A DNA stretch of 64,000 nt from Lama glama (lineage: Eukaryota). Where the stretch lies: positions 1,178,001-1,242,000 of the forward strand of contig CM052829.1 of the NCBI GenBank assembly GCA_028534125.1. Direction: 5' to 3'. The stretch's first letter is position 1. Every line of letters starts with the position of its first letter. A program made the translations under genes and the position numbers. Positions 37,245 through 51,056 of the stretch are shown here, piece after piece. The notes under the pieces are model-generated. The model did not search any database. It was not told where the DNA came from and saw only the letters and a list, made by a program, of their open reading frames with translations.

Positions 37245-37290
37245 TGTGTGCGTGCGTGTGTGTATGTGTGCGTGTGTGTGCGTGTGCGTG
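37245..37290. repeat. (TG)n-type microsatellite
   Basis: TGTGTGCGTGCGTGTGTGTATGTGTGCGTGTGTGTGCGTGTGCGTG. Confidence 0.85.
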
Positions 37291-39021
37291 GTGCCACCTG
37301 GACAGTCACTCAGGCACACGCTCGCTGGTGTGCACTCACACCTTTGCACACACTCACACACAGCACTGGACCCGGAGGAACCCCCTCCTTGTCACAGGAT
37401 GGCCCATCGCAGGGGCTGATGAAGGGCTGTCGGGCAGCACCCCCGCCGTCCAGCCCCCGGGGCAGGGCCGGGCAGCTGACCCCCGTCCAGCTGCTCTGCT
37501 GCCCACTGAGCGGCGGGCGGTGGGCCTTCCACCTGGCCGTGACCGCAGCTCCGTGCACGTCCAAAGTCACACGTTTTGGTCCTCTGGCACCCGGGGCCAC
37601 TCGGGCAGAGACAGAGCAGCACGAGAGAATGGCCGTCTTCCCCACTTTGGAGAGAAGAGGGGTCGGCCCGGAGCCCCCAGACTCACTGAAGGGACCCACT
37701 GAAGGGACCGGGAGGGCTGTGACACAGGACAAAGACCGTGGGTCGGGGAGGAGGGAGCCGCGCCTATGGAGCCACCCGCCGAGCATGGCCTGGACTCGCC
37801 ACCCCACCCACTCTGGAGCAAAGACGTGCGGCCACGTCCCCGCACCTACAGCCCTACAGCCCTTGGTCCTCGCCACCTCCCCCCACCACCACCCAGAACT
37901 TGGCAGCATCTGGCTCCTAGTCACACTGAGGTGGCGAGATTAGACTGACAGCCCACACAACAAACACTCTCCGCCAGAAGACTGCATCTCCCCGGCTTGG
38001 GCAACCGCCGGTGGCGAGTTAAAGCGCGTCTGAGCGCGTGAATCAGAGCTGCCCAGCTGCGCTGAAGGCACCTCCCCGCCCATGGGCGTGCTCGGGAGAG
38101 AGGAGACCGTGTTGGGCAGAGCACGGAGGCCAGGACAGCTCTCCCCCACCTTCCCCGGCCCAGTCCTGTCCTGCTGCATAAGACGCGAGGCCCTCCCCAC
38201 CCACCCCGACAGCAGCGGTGCAGAATGAAACGCAGCAAAATGACTTTGTTCCTGAGACACCGACCCCTTCCTGCAGCCTGGCCTCATCCATGCCTTGGAG
38301 GGAACGATGCCCGAGCGTCCGCTTTTCATGAAGGAGGATATCCAAAATCCAATCTGGCAAAGGCTTGTACTGTTCCTGGCAAATCAGGATGCCCCAAGGC
38401 AACGTCACAGTGATGTGGAAACTTCCATGGAGATCGGCGGGAGACGGGGTTAGCTGGGGCGGCCCACACCCAGCATCCGCGGTGCGAGGCCGCGGCCCGG
38501 CCCGCGGGGCGCACCGCTGTCCTCAAGCTGTCTAAGGCTGATGTGTAAAGGGAGAAGTCGGTGTCACCAAATTGAGCAGACGCTGCAGAATGTGCACGTA
38601 ACGCACTCCCCGCAGCCCACACAGGGTGTTTCTTCCTTTTTTTTTTTACGTTTTGGTAAAGGTGACCCCAGAAGAGCCTCAACGGCAACGGAGAAAACCC
38701 AGACTTCCCGCGCGTCGGCAGGGCGTTGCTTGTGGCCTCAGACGCCTCACCCATGACTTCATTAAGAAACAAAAGGTCAGAGAAGCGCTTCATCGGGTCC
38801 TGGAACAGAAACCTTTTTCAAAATTTGGCTAGCCTGCTCAACACAGAACAGCGTCATGTCACTGGAGGTCAAGTTTAAAACTTGGATTTTTTAAAAACAA
38901 TTGACTGTACGGATGTGGTAAAACAGGTTCACTGAAAGGTTTTCTTCATGAAAAGACGCCGCCCACAGGGACGAGGGGGAGCCTTACTTCTAGAAGCCTT
39001 TCCATGGAACCAGCATCAAGT

Positions 39022-39208
39022 CAGTGAGTCTCAGACTTTGCTGTGCATAAGGATCGCCGGAGATTCTGCTTCAAAAAGAGCATGTTTTGTCTCCACCCTG
39101 CAGATCTGGACTCAGGGCAGCAAGAGTGGGTGCAAATCCACATTTTTACCAGCATGGTGGGTGGTTCTGATGGACTTTGGCCCTGATTCACACCATGAAA
39201 AATTCTGC
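39022..39208. mobile_element. MER5-type hAT-Charlie non-autonomous DNA transposon
   Basis: CAGTGAGTCTCAGACTTTGCTGTGCATAAGGATCGCC...AATCCACATTTTTACCAGC...GGTTCTGATG resembles the MER5A layout. About 190 bp. Confidence 0.55.
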
Positions 39209-42200
39209 ACTAAACCATATACACGGTTGCTTAGAAAGGCCAATTTTGAGAAAATGAATATATTTAAAATTCCGAATGTATTTTCTATGAGCAGATGAAG
39301 CTTAGAGAAAATTATTGTTTCTAATCTAGTCTTCCAGCCCAAAGACAAGGAAAAAACACATAAGCACTATTTCGTTGAACAAACTGGAAATTTCCATTCA
39401 ATTTTCTTGAAGAGACGAGAAAGCTGCTAATGAGACTGCAAGTTGGAAATCTTGGCAATACTCGTACTGCGGTAGAGGCTCTTTGTCTTTGTAAATGTCA
39501 TCTGCAGGGACCGGCGAGGCGGGTAGGGACCACGTGCCCTGCGTGTTCTTGCCACAGAGGCGTGGGGTTTGGCTTCGGGTATTGGCCTGAATTTGCAGGA
39601 TGCTCTGAATTGCTGGTTTATTGACTTCAGGGCACCAGCTACGCACAGCGAGACACACAAAACCGCTTCTGGGTTCAAATCCTGATCCCTAGACTCCTCC
39701 TGCTCCAACTCCACTCCGCCAACCAAACCTTCCTGTTTACATAAACCAGTGACCCGGGATGTGTTTACAAAACGTGCTCAATTACCCCTAGCAAAACCCA
39801 ACCACCGTCGACTCTGCCGAACTTGCTCCTCAGGGAAGGCACGGCTCAGGGATTCCCGAGAGACTGAGACCCGGAGCAGAGGCAAACCCTGGAAGACACA
39901 GCTCTTATCTGGGGAGAGAGACCCCTCTACCACCAGTCAGGGACAGAAGAGCCAGCCCACAACTGGGGAAGAGCCGGGGGGCGGCCCTGGCCCCGCTCTG
40001 GTCCTGGACCGGCAGGAGCCCAAGCCCACGGAAGCCGCCCAGAGCGGGAGGAGCCGGCCCAGCAGGGAAGGGCAGCCGACCGCCTCACAGCAGTCAGTGC
40101 GAAAGGTTAACTCACACAATCACGGTCGTCTGCGACCACGGTCTCCCTGAGACACAGGAGGGCAGATTCAAGTGTAAACCTGCCTGACGGGGTTCCAGTG
40201 CTCACACAGCCCTTCAGAGCCACAGCCTATGTGCAGAAATGGGTCCTGCAGTTTAAAATCTTCACTGTCAGCATCAGCATTCAGAATCCTTTAAAAGTGG
40301 CGTTTCTGTCCCCATAGAGTGTGCGTTTCCAGAGCCACCGCAGGACGGGCAGAGCCCTGACCTCACTCGGCCCGCATCTGCTGTCAGGACCCGGACCCGG
40401 GCGGGAAAGTCTTGGAGGTTTTGTGAATCCGCCTGGACAGCACAGGTCAGTACACCAGGCATCTCGTCTCCAACGTCTTATTTCGTTCACTGCTGCTGAA
40501 GCTGATGCGGGGAGCGTCTTGGGTGAGACAAGGGTGTCAGAGCGCAAGCCTGCAAGCTTCCCGGAGTGGCTCTCGAGGATAATTATTCATGAGATGCGTC
40601 CATTAACAAAACCGGAATTAACGGTGCCTCCTCAGAGATACAGGTGCGTTTGCAATATTTTGCTACAGTTTCATGACATTCCCAGGAAATCTCTTCCTAT
40701 AACTGGTGTTACACTGAGTTTAAGAAAAGTCTAAGAGTAATCCACGATCAGCGTATTGAAAGGAAAACTGTCCTTGGTCCCCAGGGAAGCTCCGAGAAAA
40801 CTCAGGAAGGCTTCTGAAAGCAGCAGCCAGCAGCACCCAGCGGGGCTGCGCTGGAGCTGCTCCAGCACAACGTTCATGCGGACGAGGCGCTAGCTCGTGG
40901 GAGCAGCCGGGCCGCGGGGACCCTGCGCGCCGCACTGGGAGCAGCCGAGACCAATCCTGCTGGGGGGCCCTTTCCTCGCTGACACGGCGATAAGCAGCCA
41001 CAGACGCTCCCACATCCAGGGGGCGTACAACCCATCCTCGGGACAGAAGCCGAACACACACACAGCGCGTGAGCGCAGCACCCAGAGCGCACACCTGCTC
41101 CTCGACACTCTGGTTCGCTGCCTGCAGCGGAGAACAGAGCCCCCTCGTCCTCGGAGGCCGCACCTCCCCCCTTCCCTCCATCACTGCCCGGGGGCCCCGC
41201 GCCCTTCCCCACCCACTCCACGGGCCCTGAGTTCAGGCCTCGGGCTTCAGGTGGCTCCCCACTTCCCCAGACCTCGGTTTCATCTCATTGTGCGTCAGGC
41301 TCCACAAAGTGCATCCTTTGAGCCCAGAATCTTGCAGTGAGGAAAGAGCATGGCTTTTCAAGCTCACAAAGCCGTGAGGTCAGTCGTCCATGGGCAGGAC
41401 TCACCCTCCTTCAGCCACGGCCAGCAGCACGGGGCCTGGGGTCCCTGGCATGCATCTGAGCCTTGACAGGACAGAGTCTCTCCACGGGAGCCCAGAGGCT
41501 CTGGGAGGGACTCAGAAGTGTCCAGAGGTTGAGAGGAAAGGCTGGCCTTCTGCCAGGAAGCGCGAGAAAGAAAAAGGAAAAAAAGACGCCAGAAGTGAGA
41601 GCTGCGGGCGGATGATGCTTTTCCCTGAGTAGAGAGTATTTACACCCAGGGGGAAGTGCATCTTTTATTAAAGAAAGAACAGAACGAGTATGTTGAAGCT
41701 TTGGCCAAAAGCTTGCTTTTTGTGGATTAAATGAGGCGGCAAGAAACTGGCAAACCGGTCGGCTCCCTTCCCATGACAGGGGGACAGCCAGCGCTGACAC
41801 ACGCGGTCGGCGGTGGGGCAGCTCCCAGGGGCAGCAGCGCACGCTGCGGGGCGGGCTTTCCGTGGCCTGCGGAGCCCCCTGCCTCCTCGGGACAGTGCGT
41901 GACCACAGGCCCTGGGGTCGGGGTGGCCTGCAGGACTGCAGCCCCGTCCTGGCTGCAGAAGGGACTCCGGCCTCCACGGAGCTCGCCTGGACGTCCCTCC
42001 CCGACACTCTGTGAAGCTGTCCGGTGTCTCCCAGGTGGTTCCCTTCACTGCGTCCTGTCCCAGAGACGCCTCCTCTGTGACGCAGAGGGAAGTCAGCGAG
42101 TGCAATCTGAGGGAAGGCTGGAAACCTGCAAAATGCTACTACTTGCAACCTGATAATAAAAATATGAGAGTCCGTGGCACGGGGTGCCTGCAGGCTGGCC

Positions 42201-45200
42201 TGCCTGTGGCTCGTGGGAACATCGTATGAGCCCTGACACTTTGGGTTCTGGACCCTGGCCAGGGAAAGCATGGTGAAAAAAAACAGTGGGAAACATGAAC
42301 TGAATGTTCATGAAACTGATGATGCCCGACACAACGCTTGCTTTTGGATCATCCCAGAAAGTGTTGTCTGCCTTCCTGGAGAACGGGGCTATTGCTCCCA
42401 ACGAGAGTAGCACTCCTGGAGGCGGCCCGGGACAGCGGCCCCGCGTGCGGGGTGGGATGCAGGAGGAATCACTGAGGACCAGCCCGGTGCTGCCATCCAC
42501 GTGGGAGCCAATCTCAAATCCCGGGGATGAACTGAGGTACGGCAGCTCAGATCCTGGCTCCACCTCGCAGACCCTCTCTGGGGAGCCCCCCCACCCCCCA
42601 AGGATGACGCCCCGGGGCCTGCCTGGCCGTGTCCCGAGGTCACCGGGACAGGTGTGAGGAGAGAGATACCACTGGGGTTGGCGCTTTCCCCGAGCACAGA
42701 ACATTATCCAGAAGCATCTTAATCTTCCTTGTCCAGACAGCTCACTTCGCATCATCAATTTCCCTCCGTCTGGGGCCACATTCCTTCCGCGCGTCTTTAC
42801 GCTTCCTTCATATTCTGACGTCAAATGCTTTCAACCGTCCGCAGGCGCCAAATGGAAAAGCCAGACTACCAGGTTTTAGGAACCTCCCAAACCACTTGGA
42901 ACCATGGCTCTTTCCTTTCAGTCACTGGGGACCACTCTTCACACGTGGTCAGCAGCTACGCCCCCCAAATACTGAGCTGCTTCACGCTGGCTGCCTGGAA
43001 CTGTAGGTGTCTGCGAGGCCTGACGCTTCCTCTGACTAACGCGAGATTATCCGCAAGGTGAACACAGGATAGGGGGCACATTACTTAATATCATGTAGAT
43101 CCCGGCCCCCTGCACTTCGGTATTTTCTATTTTCTGGTTTAGGTCAGCAGAGTGCTTTAAGGACAGAGGACCTGGGACCTGGGGGAGGGGGAGGGAGTGG
43201 CAATTCCCCGGAGACACAAGGACCCACGAGCCCACCCCTGCTGTCCTGCAGGAACCAGACTCAAGCAGCACCCTCCAGTAAGCGGGGGACGCTTCGCCCT
43301 AGACGGCTCCTCAGGGTGACAGGTGATCTCCAGCAGTTACCAAGGTCATGGACCCTCTTGCTTCCCCACCACCCCCCCGGCCCTCTTCCCGGGGTACTTC
43401 TTGCTTCCAGCCCCTCACCGGGTCACGCAGCCCACAGGCTGAGTGGACATGACTGCCTGCGGACACCTGAGCTCAGCCCAGCCCCAAGCTCTCACCGCCC
43501 TTCATCCGAGCCTTCTCCTCCCACATCCTCTGAGTCCCCCGTCCCCCCTCCTCCCTAACCTTTCCAGGGTCGTTGGAGTCCGTTATCAGAGTCCCCTCGG
43601 GAAACACCAGTGGGAGCCTCATGCACGTCCAGTGCTGTGACTGGACGGGGCTCTGAAACGGTGGGGGATGAGGACTGGGCCACGAGGGCCCTGCTGGGAG
43701 GGAGGACAGAGGCCACTGCCCGAGCAGAGAGACGGGGGAGCCCTGAAAACAGCACACCAAGGCCACCTGGGAGGCACCTGGGCAGAGGAGGCCACGCCTC
43801 ACAGGAAGGGGCCATTCAGTCTGCAGACACCAGCATGTTCACGACTCATCACAAAAGCCCAGCTTCCCCGGGGAAGACCTGTCGGAAGTCAGCACAAACC
43901 TCATTACACTTCTTGGCCAGACCCCTCCGCTACCCAGGAAGCAGGCTACACTGGGGGGCTCTGGGGACCCGAGTCACTCAGGCAACAAAGACGTGCCCAC
44001 AGGTTTTGGGGGAGATCAGAGGACTCGCGGGTGGGGGAAGGGCACAGCTCAGGCCTCTGTGCTGACGGGGCAAGAACTACCAGGGAGGTGCCTGTGCGTG
44101 AAGCTGTGCCAAGGGGAAGAGAGAGCAGTGGGTGGCAGCCGGGGGGACCCCGATGCTGAGGAACCGAGTATCACCTCGATGCCCCGCACATCCTGGACCT
44201 AGAACACCACGGCTTCGAGCAGCAGCACCTGACACCTGTAACGGCTCAGCAGTGGCGACGCCTGCCTCGCTTCTCCCTGGCCCCCGCTGAGCTACCAGCC
44301 TGAACACTGAGAACTGTAGTCTCCGTGGAGAGAGAAATCCTACAGCTTTAATGACGCAAGGCTCCACCACATCCAAAGTGCTGCTGCAGCGAAGATTTTA
44401 GCTCACGTCCCAAATGCTTCCTGCTGCCCTGGAGCTCAGCGGCAGGGTCTCACTGAATCCTAAAGGAAGGCAGTAGACACTCAACACAGCAGCCAAATGA
44501 AGAGCCACAGTATTGAACCTTAACTGCCCCAAAAGGGAGACGCCCAAAAGCATCCTGCATAGTGCGTTTTCATGTGTTCTCTGCAAAGTGCCCAAGATCT
44601 CAAAAGTGGTTCCCCAGAAATTCACAGCGCGCCCAGTACCGCGGGGGGAAGAGGTTCAGTTCTGCTCATCTTGTGAGCCAAACCCCTCATAAGAAGGCCC
44701 GGCGCCTCGGAGACACGTCGCCCTCCTCACGCTCACAGTGCACAGACCGCTGCCTCACCATGAACTCACATGGAAGCCAAAGAGACACCACGGTGGCACT
44801 GACGTTACTGTCGCTCGTTAATTTTAAGGAGTCGTGCCATTCATTGTCTGTGTAACGTGTTTCCACCGAAATCAGTTTTATGTAATAATGAAGATACCAG
44901 GACGATTTGGATGCTGAATTCATATTTGGTTTTGGTTAAAACCTGGCACTAAATTTCACTTTCAACCTCCAGCCAGCAAAGCAGGAAGGCGGAGGGTTGG
45001 TGACGCTGAGTGCCAACACCTGGCTGCGCACCTGGCTGCCCCTGGCTCCCGGGGCTCCGCTTTCTCCTTACAAAATGAAGGGACTGAACTGACCCCTAAA
45101 AGCTCCTCTACCTCCCTGGCCCCCTAAGGATAGCCCATCATTTCTTCCAGACAGCCGCTTGGAGGCTGGCGTTTGAGGTTAATTTCACTTAAGGAGTCCT

Positions 45201-45227
45201 GGGTTGCTAACTGCGTGGGTCTCAAGT

Positions 45228-45535
45228 ACTTTTTTTTATGTATACTTCCTTTATTTAACTGAAGTACAGCCCACTTGCAATGTTGTGCCCTCGCTGGCAG
45301 ACAGCATGGTGTCCCAGCCATACACGCACATACCTGTGTTCCTCCTTATACTCTCTTTCATTACAGGTTACTCCTCACCACGAGATAGTGCCGTGCTCCC
45401 CTGCGCTCCGCAGCAGGGCCTTGCTGTTTACTTTGTGCACAGCAGTTAGCATCTGCAAACCCCAGACTCCCGTTTCCCTCCACCCCCCCCCCCCGTTTAA
45501 TCACCGTGTGACTGTAGCCTGTACGTCTGAGGCGG
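45228..45535 (-). mobile_element. L1 3' UTR fragment (camelid-like subfamily)
   Basis: T-rich tail followed by TTTAACTGAAGTACAG...GTCCCAGCCATAC...CAGACTCCC...C-run, the antisense of an artiodactyl L1 3' end. No clear TSD. Confidence 0.72.
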
Positions 45536-48500
45536 ATGGGGTGCACCTGGGAAAATCTTCCACGGCGTCAGTCAATCAAAGTCAATTTTATCTTATTTAC
45601 AATTAATTAAAAGTTATCTTCAAAGGGTCTAGAAAGAGTTCAAAATCTCAGGGAGAGAATCACGGCTCAACCAAGATAATAAAAGCCAAACACCTGCTGT
45701 CGAAAGAGGCGTGTGAGTCAGAGAGGAGGGAAGGAAAGCTGGGGACGAACACCCAGTGACACCCCCCCGACTCAGGGTTCCCACGGGGACAACCCCTGGG
45801 CTCTCCCTGAGCTGCAAAGACCCCCCAGCCCAGGGCCCAGGCCCCGCGGTGCCCAGATCGCCTCTCACCAGCCCCCATCCCCCACCAGGTCGGCCTACAC
45901 ATGCCTAATTCCAGGAACGCATCTTCTAAGTACCCGCGGGAGGACCTCGCCCCGCAGGTGCCGCAGGAGGCTCCCGGCCAGGCTGTCCCGGCCTATGCTT
46001 CCTGCCTCTGACCCAGATTCCACGTTCCAGGCCCCGGCGGACTCTGCAGCCTCTCCTGGAGTGAGGTCAGCCAGGCTCACGCCCTTGGCCTGAATGTCTC
46101 ACTCACAAAACCCGAGCTGACGGCATCGTCCCGTCCCGTCCCATCCCTCACGTCAGGAGCCCACCCGCCAGGCAGCCAGTGGAGTGACCCTGGGCACTTC
46201 ATCAAATAGGCCCCGATGTCCTCCTCTGCAACATGGGGGTGACTTGCCCACCCACTGCACCGGGTGGGGAACAGAGGGTCAGTGCGGGTGAGTCACTGTG
46301 AACAGGGCCCTGAACCCGCCAGCCCTACATCCCCCTGACCCTGACCAACAGTCATCTCTGAGGCCCGGGGATGGGACCGCAGCCAGCCGGCCTCCAGCAC
46401 GGGACCCCCGACGGCCTGGCCACGCCTGCAGAGTTCGTCATCACGAGGTCCCTCGAGTCTTTTTGGAAAAGATCTTGAGTTGTCCCAAATTCCACATCAG
46501 AGCGTCTCCACAGGACCTCCAGCGTCCAGCCAGGGAGAGAGGGCAGACAAGACGCAGCCAGAATCAGAGGAGCAGCAGGAGGGCCTCTCCTAGACCACGG
46601 GGAGAGGAGAGACGGGACAAAGCCCCCGGACAGCCAGGCCCTTCCCTCTGCAGGGCCAGACAGAGTCCCAGCAGGACCTCCGAGGGGATCCAGGCTCGGA
46701 AGGGAGGCCAGAGCCCGTGGAGGGGGAGCCGGAGGCCGCCATCCGACCCCCACCCCACAGGGACCCCGATGGGCCAGGAGACGTGTCCGTGTCCTCAGAC
46801 CCCACAAGGTCATACAAGGGTTATTTCAACCAGCATCCTGCTTCTCTACAAACGACGCCCCCAGGTCACTTTGCAGCTGGGAGGCAGACACAGGGAGGGA
46901 GTCACTGCAGCTTCAGGAGTCCTGCAGGAGCACGGCTGTCACTGCCTGTCACAGTCACCAGCCCCTCCAGGCTCACCCAGGACACGCCGGCTGGGGAGGT
47001 GGCAGCCACGCTGCACCTGGGGTCGCTTCAAGGTTTTGTTTTGACCCACATTTTGTGGGGTCCAGTTAACCTGAAGTCACAAGTGTTCAGACGTTTGCCT
47101 CACCTGACGCCCCCACTGAGGAGCCCCGGGCACAGGTGTACCTCCAGGTTGGGACAGCTCTCCAGGGGGCGAAGTGGCCACTGAAAAGTCTCCAGGACTG
47201 GGTCACCCAGGCTGGGCACCGCACTTCCGAGTTCGGCACTGTCTGCCCAGACGACAACCTGTGCGCTTGACAGAGAGGAATGACCCCCCACGCAGTGAGT
47301 CCGCTGTGCCTGCTCAGGGCCTCTCAGAACTCCCAGGTGCCTTAGTTTTGCTTTTATTTCCCTGAGCCCACCTCTCACAGGCAGAAATAGGAGCCCATGC
47401 TCGTTGCCTTGATGTCTTGATAACCCCCTGCCGTCCTCACCGAGTGGGCGTGAGCTCCCCCCACCCCCGCGGGGCCCAGCACTGCCACCCCCGCCAAAAA
47501 CGCATGAAGGCTCTTCCCTCAGGAGGGCTCCCCCACTTCCTAGTAGCGGTACCCATTGCCCCCAGATCCAGAAGCACCCTCCTAACAGTGTGAGGAGCCC
47601 TCTCTGCCCCAGCACCCTAACCAGCCACCACGCTGCCCGGCCTGGCTGCAGATTCACATGAAGCCCGCCCGATGGCGGTCAGCTCTGGGAAGGACAGCGC
47701 CTGGGAGTGACCACAGCCACCGCCCCACCCCCGTCGACCTGCTCAGTGGGACGTGACTAGACCTCCCGGGGCTGATGGCCCCTGACCCGGCCTCCCCACC
47801 CCAGGAGGACCCACCCTCTGATGCGAAGGTGACCAGTTACTGCTTTCACATTTTAAAGAAAACCTGTATGCTAGCCCCAGGTCAGCTACCCCTTCCCTAC
47901 CTGCGGTGGGTGGAGCAGAGCACGGCCCTGCCATGACGAGGAGGTGGCTGAACAGCTGAGGGGTCCCGCCAGCATCACAGCTGTACCACCAGCCCCTCCC
48001 CCTCAACATCATGGCTGTAACACCAGCCACTCCCCCAGCTCAGGATCACAGACGCACCACTGGCCTGCCTTCCTCCTCAGCATCAGGACCGCCTCAGGAG
48101 TCTGCCTGCACCTCTGCTCTGACCCCCTGGGAGGCTCCCCCGGCTGCCCAGCCCACCTCCTCGGGGCCCTTCCTGCTCCCCTGACTCCCTGCATCCTTCC
48201 AGAGCCCCTAATGAGGCCCCCACTATCTGGTGAGTGGCTTTCTGCCCAGGATGCTCCCAGCCCCTCCCACCCAGCTGCCTCCCAGCCCCTCAGGGCTCAG
48301 CTGACAGCCACCTTCTGGGCTGCATTTCCAACAGCAACATCTGGAGACCCCTCCCCAGCCCCCTGTCCACTGCTGTGTCTGCAGGATAACAGGACACGTG
48401 ATGGCTGGACAGCGACCAGCCATCATGGCCGTAAGCCAGCGACGGGCACCCAGCTGAGATGCCAGGTCCCTCAAGGAAGCCCTGCCACTGCCCGGAGCAG

Positions 48501-49154
48501 TCCAGGCAAGCGGTGAGGCCCTGCCGTGATTTTATTTGCACATTTCACCGCACCCTTGTTTACCACTCCTCCATCAAAGCCCCTCTGCCACCCAAGATGT
48601 GTTTTAAGGGGACCCCCGAAGCACACTGCAGAGCGCTGGGCTGCAGGGTGGACCGGGTGCCTGCCCCCCCCCCGCACAGCTGGGTGCCCCGCCCCTGCAG
48701 GGCTCAGCCGGAATCCTGCTCCTCCCGCTCCTCCGGCGCCGCTACTCTTGGGGTCCCAGGACAACAAGGGACGCCACGTCCTCAGAGCCTGGATCTCCCT
48801 GCTTACCTACCTACAGAGGGCTGTTCTGAGTCTCAATAGAACTGGGAAACCCAGAAAGTACTAAAGAAGACAAAGTGAAAAAACAAATTGTGATTAAAAA
48901 AAAAGTCTGGTTAGGATTTGGCTTTGAGTCAAGTTCGAGGCTAGTTCATGTACTTTCTCAGATGTTTCGGTTCACTGAGCCCCCGTCCTGGGGCCACCCC
49001 AGCCTCCCTGCACTGAGCTGGAGACCTGCGCTCCCTGGTGTGGGGAGGGGCAGCCTGGCTGGGGGCCTGTGGCCAGGCAGGGGCACAGCCGGGAGGGTGG
49101 CTGCAGTGACCACGTGCACACTGGGCGAGACTGCAGGAAGCCTAAGGGCCAGAG

Positions 49155-49201
49155 GAAGACAGAGACAGAGACAGAGAAGAGACAGAGAGACACACAGAGA
49201 A
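49155..49201. repeat. (AGAC/AGAG)n purine-rich simple repeat
   Basis: GAAGACAGAGACAGAGACAGAGAAGAGACAGAGAGACACACAGAGA. Confidence 0.75.
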
Positions 49202-51056
49202 AGGGACAGGCAGGCAGATTAACCTCTACTATTCCTGCCCCTGGGAAATTCTTTTCTCCTTCTGTGTTGAATTTAGGGGGTGGGATAAGAAAGGAAGCAA
49301 GAGATCCGGAGCCCCAGGGCCACGTGCCAGCCCCCCAAGAAGACAGGCCTGCAAGCCGCCCCGCCCCAGGCATAAGGCCACAGCTCTCTGGGCGCCCCCC
49401 AGGAGCCCTGCTGGACCTCAGCACACACGGGGACACTGCCCATGCACCCACTACTAAGGATGCAGACCTGAGCCACCACGACCTCAGAGTACCAGGGTTC
49501 AGGGTGTGTTGACAACACACTGACCTCTGGGGGCAGAGGGGCGATGCCACCACCCCGAGGTCACTAGGCGGCCCCTCGGACCAAGTGTCACCTGCTGGCT
49601 ATTCAAGTCTCCCTCTTCAACGCAGGACACCAGCACCAGGCTCTGAAGGGGCCATGTTGGCTAACTGGACCTCAGATCGCAGGCGTGGCCCCCCTGCCCC
49701 ATCTTTAGAAATCAGTCTGCGCGGTGACGGGCCTGCAGCCATGGCAACAGCTTTTTCCTTTGCCAGGTGAGAAAGAACAGGGGCAGAAAGCAGCGGGGCG
49801 GGGGGAGGGAAAGGCAGTGTGGGTTTGAATGGGGCCAGTCAGGACTTTCCAGAGCCTCCTTCAGATCTCTGGATGCAAAGAAATGTAAATGATTTCTGGC
49901 CAGAGGTGAGGGAGAGCCTCCTAAGGGGGCTGGTGGCTCCCTTCCCCCGCCCCAGTCCTCCTCCCACAAAGCTTGTTTGCAGACTTTCCGGGAGGAAATG
50001 CTCGTTTGGAAGAGGCTTGGAGAGCCTGAGCACCCGGTTTTACTTCCCGCAGTTACAGTCCTTTCAGGTTAAAGCCATCCTCATCGTGAAGTCGACATGT
50101 CTCAGGACAATGCTGGAATATAACGCCGATTTAGCCGACAGACAAGCGAGGCCACTGCTTTACATGCAATCCACTCACTCAGGGACCAGACCTCGCGGCA
50201 GAAAGGAATGAACGCAGGCGGCAGACAGCCCACTGGGCAGCCCTCCTGACCTGGGTCATGAAACCAGAATCCTGCTCCAGGAACACAGCTCTGTTGTCCG
50301 TATGCGAGTGATGGCACTGAGCTTAACCTGCTCATCCCAGACTCCAAACAAAGTTGCTAGAAAGTCACAGAAACACGTCCCTGGGTGTTCACTCCCTCCC
50401 GTAGTGTCCCTGCATCCTGAGTCAAACCCTTAAGCCTGGAGAGTTGAGTGGGCGCCCGAACTCGTGCTAAGCAGGCCCCGTGGGGTCTTGGAGTGGCCCA
50501 GTGGCAGGAGCTTTGCGTTGGGACCCCCGCCCCGGACCCCCGCCCCCGCCCCGCCGAGCCGGGCTGCTCTCGGGCCCCCCCGCGTGGTCGATGCGGGAAC
50601 CGTCGCACCGACGCTTCCCCGCAGGGTGGGCGCTGCCGCTGCCAGCGCGCACCTGTGTTCCGAGCCGGGTGAAAAACGCGGGACGGACGCCAGGCGTGCA
50701 GAGAAGGGGTTGGTGGCTCCACCCGGATTATATCTCCGAGGGAAAGGAAGGATCTATCTTTGGCAGCTGCCTCCAAGAGATAAATCTTTTAAGAATGAAG
50801 AACTGATTAGCGCGAGCACATTATCTGTGGATCCGGAGAAGCCAGGGCTTAGACATGTAGGTTCAGGCCAGGGCTGTTACTCACTTTCCTTACCCCGAGG
50901 TGTTGACAAAAGTCTAAAATACATACACCCACGAAATGAGCACAGCTGCTGGCAGGGCTGCTCCCAGTGCAGAAGGCTGGCACTCCCTACTTTCAGAGAG
51001 GAAGGGGCAGGGTGAGGAGAGTTTGCTGGGTGCGCAGACGTCGCAACCCCAGTGCC

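Noticed and set aside
44040-44390. Possible degenerate MaLR/LTR remnant, plus L2-like patches near 48000-48400 and 62400-62660
   Set aside because: Similarity is too weak to define family or borders by eye.
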